A stretch of DNA of 64,000 nt from Octopus sinensis (taxonomy: Eukaryota), in contig NC_043022.1 in NCBI RefSeq assembly GCF_006345805.1, forward strand, positions 8,742,001 through 8,806,000. Reading direction: 5' to 3'. The position numbers and the translations under genes are program-made. Under the pieces are notes generated by a model. The model was not told the DNA's origin, did not search any database, and worked only from the letters and a program-made list of their open reading frames with translations. This document shows, piece by piece, positions 14,457 to 25,565 of the stretch (the first letter of the stretch is position 1; each line of letters opens with the position of its first letter).

Positions 14457-15063
14457 TGTTTGTGCTTTCCCATATGACAATTGTAAAATTGTACATTCCT
14501 TCATATAACAATTGTAAAAAGTGTCACCATCATACAATCTGTGTTCTTCCTTGTAATATTCTTCAAAAACACGTCTGGTTATGTGGAAATATATCTGTCC
14601 TTGTTTATCTCAGAGGTTTTGCCCACCCCCACCCTCCACCCCACTGGCAAAAATCAGTGATAGATGCCACGAACTTCCACCATCATGTATTTTCTTGACC
14701 ATCTCTATCTTTTCATATAGAGACTATATGTATCCATGTCATTTGTTAAGATCAGACATCTTCATATTGAGGTGAATGCTAGATTCATTGACACTAAACT
14801 CACAACCCACATCAGTGAAGCTTCACCATTATATATTTTCTCTACCTTTTGATGCAGAGAATACACTTATCTGCATTGTTTGTTAGTATTAGGTGCCTTC
14901 ATACTTTTTCTATTCACTGTTCCCATGTTGATGAGTGCCTAAATCCACATAAAAAATATGCAGCTTTACAGCAGTCTTGTAAACCTAAGAAATAGTATGT
15001 GCATTTTAGGTAAATGAGGTAACTGAGTATTGTAAGTGGCCACTATACAAGTAGAACCTTCAA

Positions 15064-15108
<45 letters not shown>

Positions 15109-15112
<4 letters not shown>

Positions 15113-15311
15113 AGAGTTTATGAAAAAAACAAAAGACGAAGACAGGTGGTGTACAAAACAAACAGATGTATTAGTATAATGCTCAGGAATAGAAAAAGTC
15201 TTTTACGTTTCGAGCCTACGCTCTTCTACAGAAAGGGACACAGAAAAAACAAGGAGAGAAAAAAATGTATGTAGTGGCTAATGATCTATCATGGCGACTA
15301 GTGCCAGACCA
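15109..15311 (-). mobile_element. About 200-bp hammerhead-bearing element (family C) in (TA)n
   Basis: Flanked by (TA)n; second copy at 57496-57957, fragment at about 6645-6690. Shares the tcctgagc...taatac...ttgtt layout with family B. Confidence 0.6.
15200..15235 (-). ncRNA. Hammerhead-like motif with CUGUAGA (A6U) core
   Basis: Minus strand: CTTT / CTGTAGA / A / GAGC-gtag-GCTC / GAA-ACGT / A / AAAG. All three stems are intact; the core deviates at position 6. Confidence 0.5.
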
Positions 15312-16090
15312 TATATATATATATATATTATTTAATAGACACAATACATGTTTTTATGTGCTACTAATAGTTTTCGTATGTTAAAAAATACTTCAAACAT
15401 ATTCATTAGGCAAAAACAAGATATGTGGTTTGTGTCAGATGAATATGAAAGTATTAGTAGCACAAAAAAACATGTATTAGGTCTATTAAATAATATTTAT
15501 CTATCACCAGATGGAGTACTCTTTGTTGATCATACCATCACAGAACAGTATATTACATATGTGTGTGTGTTTGTTATTGCAGATCAATCCTTGATAAATG
15601 TAGCATGGTTTGCATTTGAACACACCATGTTTACCTGGATCAGTGATGAATGATGTTACATGTATTACCTCACTTAGAAATAGGTGAAGGTTGATGACAG
15701 GAAAGCCATTCAGCCACAGAAAATTTAACTCAGTTGATATCATTCGACCCATGCCAGCATGGAAATGTGGACTTTAATACTATGATGATTCTACTGCTCC
15801 TATATGATAAGTTCACATCTACCCAAGGTGCCATATAGTGGGATTGAACCTGATGGTATGGGATTATGAAGTGATCTTCTTAGCCATACAGCCATGTACT
15901 CTTCATTATTTTAAATGAATATTGAACACTTAGATGTATTTCTTGTACTTTAAACTACTTAACGACTTCTTATTTTAATTCAAGTCTAATTTCATAAATG
16001 AACTATCCCAGCTATTATAATTAAAAGCAAAATCAACTATAAGGCCAAAAAAATATGCAGAACCTATAATTTACTTTGGATACTTACTTA

Positions 16091-16152
<62 letters not shown>

Positions 16153-17009
16153 CCCCTCCCGCTCCCTTCCTCCCTCCCTCTCTCTCAGAGGTTAGAGGTC
16201 ATTTTACTTTATAATTTGCTAGCATTGTCAATTTTGAAACTTCACTGCATATAAAATAAGTTTTGATAATGCAAATTGTATGTGTATTTAGAAGGTAATT
16301 GCTAGTTATAGTCAGAAATAAAGACATTAGAATTTGCATTTAGTTTCCTTTGTAAAATATCCATACATAAGACATCTTTTTATATAAAACAAACCAAAAT
16401 AAGCTTAAGATTGTAGTAATGATGTGAATGGTGAAGGCTTGTTATTTTTTTTGTTTCCTTTTATGCATTTTTCTTTTCTTTTTTTTTTCACTTAGTGCTA
16501 ACTAACTAATGATACTGTTAATCTATGTTGATGAAATTCGATTTTGTATTGAACAAATCTTTGTTTTTTTTTTTGTTTCTTTTACCTTTAATAATGGTAT
16601 TTTTGCTCTGGTTATTTTATATAATTTGTTTTCACTTTTGTTAAGTAAGTTACTCTTTAGAAACTGTATGGTTTCAGGTTCAGTCCCACTGTGCAACACT
16701 TTGGAAAAGTATCTTCTATAGCCCTAGGCTGACCAATGCCTTGTGAGTGAATTTTTGGATGATCACTACATGATGGTTTGATTCCCAGACAAAGCAGCAC
16801 GTTGTGTTCTTCAAAAAAAACACATCATTTCACATTGCTCCAGTCCCCTTTCGATCAGGAGGAAATGTTGGCCTACTTGCTTAGCCAGTGGGGTGACATC
16901 ATTTGACAGTTAAAACAATGTAAAGTGCACTGTGACCAATGATGTGTGACAACATCTGATAGCCTGATTGATCACAAGATCTATCTATCTATCTATCTAT
17001 CTATCTATA

Positions 17010-17290
17010 AGCAAATGGACTGTTGCCAAAGTAATGAAGCTAAAGCACGCACATGCAGAGTGAAGCCACTTGGCACAAATTGACCTTGTACTCCGCTGTG
17101 CATGCGCACTAAGTTTTATTGTTCTAGCTGTTTACTGTTTACTGCAGTGCTTGGAAGGAACATGTGTAGTATTTGATTGTTGCATTGGCCATGACAGAGA
17201 AAGTTGAGCAGAGACTCTACATCAGATTTTGCCAAAAGCTTGGCGATACCTGCTCAGAGGCCTACACAAAGTTTTCAAAAAAGTTTTCAT
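17010..17290 (+). mobile_element. 5' fragment of a second mariner family (transposase N-terminus)
   Basis: ATG at 17191 gives MTEKVEQRLYIRFCQKLGDTCSEAY, resembling the mariner EQRxxIKFCxKLGxxxxE N-terminal HTH motif; breaks off after about 30 codons. The 5' boundary is approximate. Confidence 0.65.
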
Positions 17291-17649
17291 CACTCTTGAC
17301 TCAATTAAGTCTGTATGGTGAGATGATACAAAAAGAAAATTTTGTTTCATCACCTTATCTGAAGGGGTAATACCTGTATCTTCTTCAGGGTCTTGGAAAC
17401 TGGCAGGAGAGATGGAGGAAGGTAGAAAGAGATGGTTAGGTGCAGCTGTTTGGACATTGATGATTTCACTCAACTAACTGGACATACTGCTAGATAGTAA
17501 TTTTTGGCACTGGAGGCATATGCACTCACACACACTCACACCCTCAGATATATGCAAATATAGATAAAAAGAGTGAGAGACAGAGAGAGACATTACATTT
17601 TATTAATTGAATATGCTTGACATAAACATTTTCTATTCCTTCATTCACA

Positions 17650-17837
17650 TAGAGTGGTGGTAGGGAATATGGTGGTGGTAGGGAGTATGGTAGTGGTGAA
17701 GGATGATGATGCTGGGATGATGGTGGTGGTGGTGACTTTGGTATTTGCTGAAAGTGCAAATAATGAAGCAACATTACAAGAACTAAAAACAGACCTTATG
17801 ATGAGGCACATTCCAGAAAGCAGCTGCAGCAGCAGTT

Positions 17838-17881
<44 letters not shown>

Positions 17882-18500
17882 GGTGGTGGTGGTGGTGTGG
17901 TGGTGGTGGTGGTGGTAGGAGGAGGACCTGTAGATATTGTTAAGGTCTTTCTACTGAAGTATTTGTTAAGCATGAACCATTTCATGTAGGTTTTCCCTAA
18001 TATGTACCTAATTGTTTTGGATGTAAGAATGGTTAAAACTTGATGCATTGATGAGACTATGGATAACAATAATAATGATGTTGATGACAATAATGGTGGT
18101 GATGGTGCTGGTGATGATGATGACAGTGATGTTGGTGGTAGTGGTGTTGGTGGAGGTTGTGATGATGACAGTGATGATGGTGGTGGCAGCAGTGGTAATG
18201 GTGGTAGTGGTGGTAGATGGAGGTAAATGGTGACAACAATGATGATGGGGTAGTAGTGGTGATGGTGATGTCAATGGTAGAGGTAATGGTGGTAGTGGTG
18301 ATGGTGATGACAATGGATGGTGGGGTGATGCTAATGACAATGGTGGTGGTGGAGATAGTCATGGAGGTAGTCATGGTGGTGATGACAATAATGGTGATGG
18401 TGGTGGCAACAATGACGATATTGGTGAGGCTGCTACTGATGATGATAATGATGGCAGAGGTGGCGGTAGTGGTGATGGTGATGATGATGATGATGATTGC
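17650..18500. repeat. Degenerate (GGT/GAT/AGT)n trinucleotide arrays
   Basis: Directly visible; yields low-complexity ORFs on both strands. Confidence 0.9.
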
Positions 18501-18895
18501 TTTTCTACTCCTCTACTTGCCTGTTCTCCCTTTCTTCCTCTGTCTCCTCTTCTCTCCTTACGTTACGACTGCTCTGAACCCAATTCCTACAAACTGGTCT
18601 GTATCTATGAACATTTAATAATGGCACCACTGAGAAATCTTGCTAGCACAAGACCTACAATTAATAGCATCCACCTACTTCTAGATAAATAAACAGCTAC
18701 ATGTTAACAAGCAGCATAGCAAAAAAGTCAAGCAGTAAACTACTTGTTTATGCAACTGAGTTGAGTCATGTATGAAAGAGCCAGAAATCCATACAATACT
18801 AATATGAAATATCATTTTCCATCATCATCATCACATTAATCATCATCATCATCCCCATCATTTTAAAAATCATTCATCATTTTAATAAACATCAT

Positions 18896-19061
18896 AGGCG
18901 CAGGAGTGGCTGTGTGGAAAGTAGCTTGTTTACCAACCACATGGTTCCAGGTTTAGTCCCACTGCGTGGCACCTTGGGCAAGTGTCTTCTACTATAGCCT
19001 CGGGCCGACCAAAGCCTTGTGAGTGGATTTGGTAGACGGAAACTGAAAGAAGCCCGTTGTA

Positions 19062-19100
<39 letters not shown>

Positions 19101-19317
19101 GTGTGTGTGTTTGTGTGTCTGTGTTTGTCCTCCTAGCATTGCTTGACAACTGATGCTGGTGTGTTTATGTCCCCGTTACTTAGCGGTTCGGCAAAAGAGA
19201 CCGATAGAATAAGTACTGGGCTTTCAAAAGAATAAGTCCCGAGGTCAAGTTGCTCGATTAAAGGCAGTGCTCCAGCATGGCCGCATTCAAATGACTGAAA
19301 CAAGTAAATAAAAGAGT
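18896..19317 (+). mobile_element. Dominant tRNA-related SINE (family 1), full length, with internal (TA)n/(TG)n
   Basis: A/B-box-like head (tggctgtgtgg...ggtttagtccca), body ...ggaaactgaaagaagcccg, internal microsatellite, tail ggcagtgctccagcatggcc...gactgaaacaagtaaa. Many truncated copies occur in the window. Confidence 0.85.
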
Positions 19318-19482
19318 ATCATCCATCGTCACCTTAATTATCATCATCATCATCACCATCATCTTAAACACTATCATCATTGTTTTTCCATGCTTGCACT
19401 CATATTTTTTGTGGAAGATTGGAAATGAACAACCATCACATGGTGTCTAGACACGGGTACACACTCCTATATCTATATCTAT

Positions 19483-19516
<34 letters not shown>

Positions 19517-19740
19517 ATATATATATATATAATAATAATAATAATATTAGGGAGTAAATACAAACTTACAGGGAAAAATTAGATTTAGGATTAAATCTAA
19601 TTTCACAGTATAAATATAAATTAAATATAAAATTATATTTTTATATTAATTATTTTTATTTTTATGTTTTGGTTTATGTTTTTCACTGTTTGATTTGCCT
19701 AATAGTGGTTTTATCTCTAATTTAATTTATATATATATAT

Positions 19741-19941
19741 GACCGCGTGTGTACTGTTGGCGATTTTTTTTCCTCTGTCTTCCCTTCTCTGGATCTTTCC
19801 TTCTCCTATGTTTCTGACGAAGAGCTCCACTCGAAACGTTAAACCCTCCTTCTTTCCTTCTTTCCTGAGCGTCCAATAATACTATATTTGTTCCACGTCC
19901 TCGCGTTGTTGTGTTTTTGTGCTTTTTTGTTTGGATTAACT
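19741..19941 (+). mobile_element. About 200-bp hammerhead-bearing element (family B) in (TA)n; putative Penelope-like pLTR or retrozyme
   Basis: Bounded by (TA)n on both sides; diverged copy at about 5060-5232; contains the hammerhead-like motif at 19810-19844. Confidence 0.6.
19810..19844 (+). ncRNA. Minimal type I hammerhead ribozyme motif, canonical core
   Basis: GTTT / CTGACGA / extra A / GAGC-tcc-ACTC / GAA-ACGT (palindromic stem III) / T (site) / AAAC pairing with GTTT. Confidence 0.65.
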
Positions 19942-19960
19942 ATATATATATATATATATT

Positions 19961-20004
<44 letters not shown>

Positions 20005-20284
20005 GGGATTTACCTTAACCACCAGTGTTGGAGTAGTCACTACTGATGAGCTGAGCAGAACTAGCTAACTAGTATAGTAACCTGCTCACTGTGGAGTGGT
20101 TATCTCCCCTGTCAGTGCGTAGACCTGTGCTTCTTTGGGGCCAAAAGTGTCTTTGACTCTTGTTTCTAGCAATGTAAGTGCTACCCTGCAACTTCAGTCA
20201 CGAACAGTGACAACTGAAACTTTTTTTTTGGTTCTATATTGCATCTAGCCACCTTCATTATTTTGTGTGTGTGTGTATATATAT

Positions 20285-20771
20285 ATTTTCTTTATTTGGC
20301 ATTTCCTATATACTTGTGTATAATCCTAGTCACCAAAAGGGACCTTTTATAGAGATCCCAAATGTTAGGTATGTGGGAAGTGGGAAACGAAGTCCTGGTT
20401 TTACCCTGTATCCCAATTATAATCATTATTCTTATCATTAAATATAGGTGCAGGTGTGCTCTTGGGTCCAGTATCACTGTGCAGCACTTTGGCAGGTGTC
20501 TTCTGCTATAGCTTCAGGTTGACTAATGCCTTCTAAGTGGATTTGGTAGATGGAAACTGAAAGAAGCCCATTGTATATGTATATATATCATCATCATATA
20601 TATATATTTAATGATAAAAATAATGATCATAATCGAGATAAAGGGTAAAAGCAGGACTTGGTTTCCCACTTCCCACATAACTAACATGTGTGATCTCTGT
20701 AAAAGGTCCCTTTTGGTGATTAGGATTATACACAAGGAAATGCCAAATAGGAAATGCCAAATAAAGAAAAT
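20285..20771. mobile_element. Foldback/MITE-like element with about 160-bp inverted repeats
   Basis: 20285-20446 is the reverse complement of about 20603-20771 (e.g. caccaaaagggacctttt versus aaaaggtcccttttggtg); the spacer holds SINE family 1 fragments. Confidence 0.7.
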
Positions 20772-21940
20772 GCATATTCAGTCAGTCATTGCCTGAATAA
20801 AAGAAGTACCACATCTGCCAGAGTCAAACCAATCTGGGGTTAGAAAGCTTGCTGATGTTTTGATCCCTTCCTAGAATAGTGGCATCTGTTTTGATAGAGA
20901 CACGCATACACTCACACACAAACATATATAAACGCACATAAACACATGCAAGCACACACACAAACATGCACTTGGAGACACACACGTGCATGCAGACACA
21001 CACATACACACACACACACACACACATGTTTGCTCTTTTGTGAAGAGAAGCCATAATGTTTTGCTGGCAATCTTGCTACTTGCAAAAAAAAAATAAAAGA
21101 AAACACATGAAATTATTAATTCATGCTATCCAAAGTATAGCTTAGATGTTTTTCTGCCAATTACAGTATTGTAAGATATCTATTGTAAACATATTGTCTG
21201 TATTAAGCTTTATACAGGCATGCATAAATGTACATATTTGCAAAACCTAGTGCACAGTAATTTGTACATAGTTTTATGTATTCATGCATTACTGTATATA
21301 TTTGTAATACATATTGTGCATTTTAAGGAATATATAGAGGTTTGTATACAAAAGGTAAAAAAGTATGTGTGTGTGTGTATATATATATGATTATATATAT
21401 ATATATATATATATATAATGTGAATGTCTGTAACTGTGAAATCCATTCCTACTATCATGGTATTGAAATTGCTGTCCTTTTATAGAGGGAAACCTATTTT
21501 CTGCAAAGAAAAAGGAGTTTGTTATATGATTTATAAAGATTAATTTGTGATATGGCTTATATCTTTTATATTATCTATGTATTTAGTTATTTATTATTTT
21601 TTTTAGCTATTTGTTACAATTTCAAATTAGCCACGGAGAGAATGGTTGACACACTTTCAGGTCTTCAAAATAAGGGTGAAAGAAATAAGAAAGGAAAAGT
21701 ACACATGCATGTCTACACATACACCTACATGCACACATACTGATACATAAACATGCACACAGGTACACACATATGCACACTCACACAAAATGCAACCGAC
21801 ACACAAACACACAGACACTTACAAAAGATTACTATTTTCCATGTAATGAAAGCATCTAATCATTTTTAACTATTTACCTTGTACTATTATCTTTCTCTCT
21901 CAATCTTCTATTTTTCCATGCTCCCTCCCTCTATTGTCTG

Positions 21941-21973
<33 letters not shown>

Positions 21974-21976
21974 ACA

Positions 21977-22008
<32 letters not shown>

Positions 22009-22339
22009 TCCTACACTAACTTTCTTTCTGACTACTGCCTTCAACAAGTCAACAACGGCTTCTCCTGTCCTCGTAAGCCGTTTTCTCAATGCATTCAAAT
22101 GAATTTTTCCATCGGCTTGGCTTAAAAAGCCCTTATCGTTTGTTTCTACTTGTCCTGTCTTTTACTGTTTTTATCTTTATTTGTATTGCTTTTACTGTCT
22201 TATTTTGTTTTTACTGTCCTGTTCTTGTCACCATTTTTACCCCTCCACAAAAAAATCCCGAATTTTATTTAATTAGTTTGCGAGAAGGACTGTTTCAACG
22301 AAGTCGTGTCTTGCCCTTACCTTCAAAACATGCAATAAG

Positions 22340-22570
22340 TCGAAGCAGGGGCAGCTGAAGAAGGGGAATGTTCCTTGTGTTGTATGTCTTGTACTGTGTC
22401 TTTTCGTTGTTTAAAAAAGTCCATTTCCATTTTTTGTTTTTATGTTTTCGTTTCTCGTTGTGTTTTACGTCTTTTTGTGGTGTCCTGTACCCATATATGC
22501 ATGTATATATACATATAGATGTAGGTATGTACATGTATGTAAGTAAGTATGCATATGTTTTGTTTATTAA
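22340..22570. repeat. Unclassified interspersed repeat (second copy at about 31925-32135)
   Basis: Both copies share ...tatgttttcgtttctc.ttgtgttt.acgt.ttttt.ggtgtcctgtac.catatatgc... and a ctgaagaa-g motif upstream. Confidence 0.65.
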
Positions 22571-23139
22571 ATTGTTATTATATGCCGGTGGCACATAAAA
22601 AGCACCATCCGACAGTGGCCATTTGCCAGCCCCATCTAAGCACCCACTGCACTCACGGAGTGGTTGGTGTTAGGAAGGGCATCCAGCTGTAGAAACATTG
22701 CCAGATCAGACTGGGCCTGGTGCAGCCTTCTGGCTTCCCAGACCCTAGTTGAAACGTCCAATCCATGCTAGCATGGAAAGCGGATGCTAAATGATGATGA
22801 TAATATATATGCATTTATAAGACACAAGGCTTAGTGGTTAGGGCATTCAACTCGCAGCCGTAAGGTTGTAAGTTCAGTTCCTAACAACATGTTGTGTCCT
22901 TCAGCAAGACACTTTATTTCACATTGCTCCAGTCCACTCAGTTGGCAAAAATGAGTAGTTCCTGTATTTCAAAGAGCCAGCCTTGTCATACTTTGTGTCA
23001 AGCTGAATCTCCATGAGAACAACATTATGGGTACATGTGTCTGTGGTGTGCTCAGCCACTTGCATGCTAATTTCATGAGCAAGCTGTTCTGTTGCTCAAT
23101 CAGCTGGGACCCTTGTCATTGTAACCAATGGAGTGCTCC

Positions 23140-23170
<31 letters not shown>

Positions 23171-23180
23171 GTATGTATGA

Positions 23181-23211
<31 letters not shown>

Positions 23212-23280
23212 TATATGTATGTATATATGTATGTATATATATATGTATATATGTATGTATATATATATATATATATATAC

Positions 23281-23369
<89 letters not shown>

Positions 23370-23371
23370 TA

Positions 23372-23422
<51 letters not shown>

Positions 23423-23476
23423 ATATGTATATATATATAGATAGATAGATATACACGTATATTTATTTATATATAG

Positions 23477-23503
<27 letters not shown>
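23140..23503. repeat. Compound (TA)n/(TATG)n microsatellite
   Basis: Directly visible. Confidence 0.95.
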
Positions 23504-23504
<1 letters not shown>

Positions 23505-23507
<3 letters not shown>

Positions 23508-24123
23508 TCAGCCGCTGGACTACTGCTCCTAACTATGGTCACCACACAATATAAAACTAACAGCAGAACTCGAAGCAATTCAAAGAAGCTACACAAAGAA
23601 GATCGTCTTAATGCAAAATATCAGCTACTGGGAAAGACTGAAAGTATTAAACCTCTTCTCCCTGGAGCGGAGGCGGGAGAGATATGCGGTGATATACATC
23701 TGGAAAATCCTGGAGGGTCTTGTCCCAAACTTTGGCATTCAAAGTTACCCCAACCACAGAACGGGGCGCCGCTGCATGGTGCCAAAGATTCCAACATTAC
23801 CATCAAAATACAGGTCCAGATACTGCAACAGCTTGGGTTTCAGAGGACCACAGCTCTTTAACATCCTCCCTAAATGCCTGAGAGACTTACATGGTGTGGA
23901 TGTGGGTTTCTTTAAAACTAAACTGGATCTCTTCTTGTCGGGGGTCCCAGATGAACCTACGTCACGACAGGAGACACAGATGCGGGCAGCAGCATCGAAC
24001 TCCCTTGTTGATCAAGTGCCATGTATCAGAGGTGGATTCACATATTAGTGTAGCTCATTCAGCGGTGGTGCCCCAGCATGGCCGCGGCCTTCGGGCTAAA
24101 ACATTTTTAAGGATTTAAGGATT
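23505..24123 (+). mobile_element. 5'-truncated CR1/L2-superclade LINE (ORF2 C-terminus and 3' tail)
   Basis: LDYCS*LWSPH...[53 protein letters not shown]...GPQLFNILP...FKTKLDLFLSGVPDEP; tail ggtgccccagcatggcc ending in (TTTAAGGA)2. Confidence 0.85.
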
Positions 24124-24250
24124 TATATATATATATATACATGTGTATATATATATATATACATGTGTATATATATGTGTGTGTGTGTGTGTGTGTATTT
24201 GTATGTATATGTGTGTGTGTGTGTGTATTTATACATATGTATATACATAC

Positions 24251-24289
<39 letters not shown>

Positions 24290-24737
24290 CAACATGTGAT
24301 ATCCCAAGATGTTCAACATAGAAAATATATTAGTACTCAGATGATTTGAACTTACAATCTTACGTCTTTATTGAGAACTAAATCTGCAGAGTAAAGAGTG
24401 GCCATAAGAGGGATCCAGGTGAGCTGACATGGAGATAACAATGAAATAAACAAATAGAAATGCTTGAGCTTCACTTATAAAATATACATAAATACATCTA
24501 AATAAATATAGAGATATATTTATCAAATTCTCTAATAAAACCAATTCTTCCCAGAAAGATCTCACCAAGATTATATCTAACATAAGGAACCCTGCACAAG
24601 ACCCCAAATGCCATGCATCTCTTCTTTCTGAATTTTTCTGTAGTTTTTGTTTTCCGTGTAAATCTATTTAATAAATATATAACTATCTATATACGTATAC
24701 ATGAATGTTCATGATGATATATATATATATAAATACA

Positions 24738-24768
<31 letters not shown>

Positions 24769-25264
24769 CATCATTGTTGTAGCATCCAGTTTTTCATGCC
24801 TGCATTGGTCAGACAATTTGTTCAGGCAGATTTTCTATGGTCGTATGCCCTCCCTGTTACCAGCCCTCACCTGTCTCCTAGCAAAGTGATATTTTCCCAT
24901 TACCTGACATATATTTACACAGACCTAATAATAAACAATGCTTATTTGCAACCATCATGCAACGTCCAGACAATAGAGCATTGTCACACAAAAACACACA
25001 GATACATACAGACAGACATGCATGCATATGCATGTAACAACAGATTTGCACAAAATCCTAGAAATGCTAGGATTTTCTGAGAATGAATAAAAGAAACTGA
25101 TGTACATCCTCCAAATCCAGTCTATTAGCACACAGCAAATATTTGTAAAACATTCCAAAGATTCTTTGAGATTCTTTAGGTGAATATATGCACAGATTTG
25201 GTGATGTGCATCGTCATAGACACTTACATAGAAAGTAATGATGCACACTCGCCTAAATACTAAA

Positions 25265-25565
25265 GAGTGGAGGCACATGGCCTAGTGGTTAGAGCAGCAG
25301 ACTCACAGTCGAGGGATCACAGGTTCGAATCTCAGACCGGGCGATGTGTGTGTTTATGAGCGAAAACACCTAAGCTCCATGCGGCTCCGACAGAAGGTAA
25401 TGACGAATTTCTACTGACTCTTTCGCCTCAACTTTCTCTCACTCTTTCCTCCTGCATCTTGCAGCTCACCTGCGACGGACCGGCGTCCCGTCCAGGTGGG
25501 GAACCTATACGCCAAGAAACCGGGAAACCGGCCCTTATGAGCCAGGCATGGCTCGAGAAGGAACA
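25265..25565 (+). mobile_element. GC-rich tRNA-derived SINE (family 2)
   Basis: Head tggcctagtggttagagcagc...ggttcgaatctc with clear A and B boxes; central gcgacggaccggcgtcccgtccagg resembles a V-SINE-like domain (inference). Minus-strand partial copies at about 53525-53770 and 62340-62537. Confidence 0.75.

Noticed and set aside
20043-20090. CTGATGA followed by a TGAGCAG/CTGCTCA stem
   Set aside because: No GAAA or stem III/NUH follows, so it is not a hammerhead.
22290-22365. Hammerhead-like words (gaaacgt, ctgaaga) in the 22340/31925 repeat family
   Set aside because: Order and stems do not give a consistent type I, II or III fold in both copies.
25265-25345. tRNA gene
   Set aside because: A and B boxes are present but it continues into a SINE body found in three copies, and there is no full cloverleaf.
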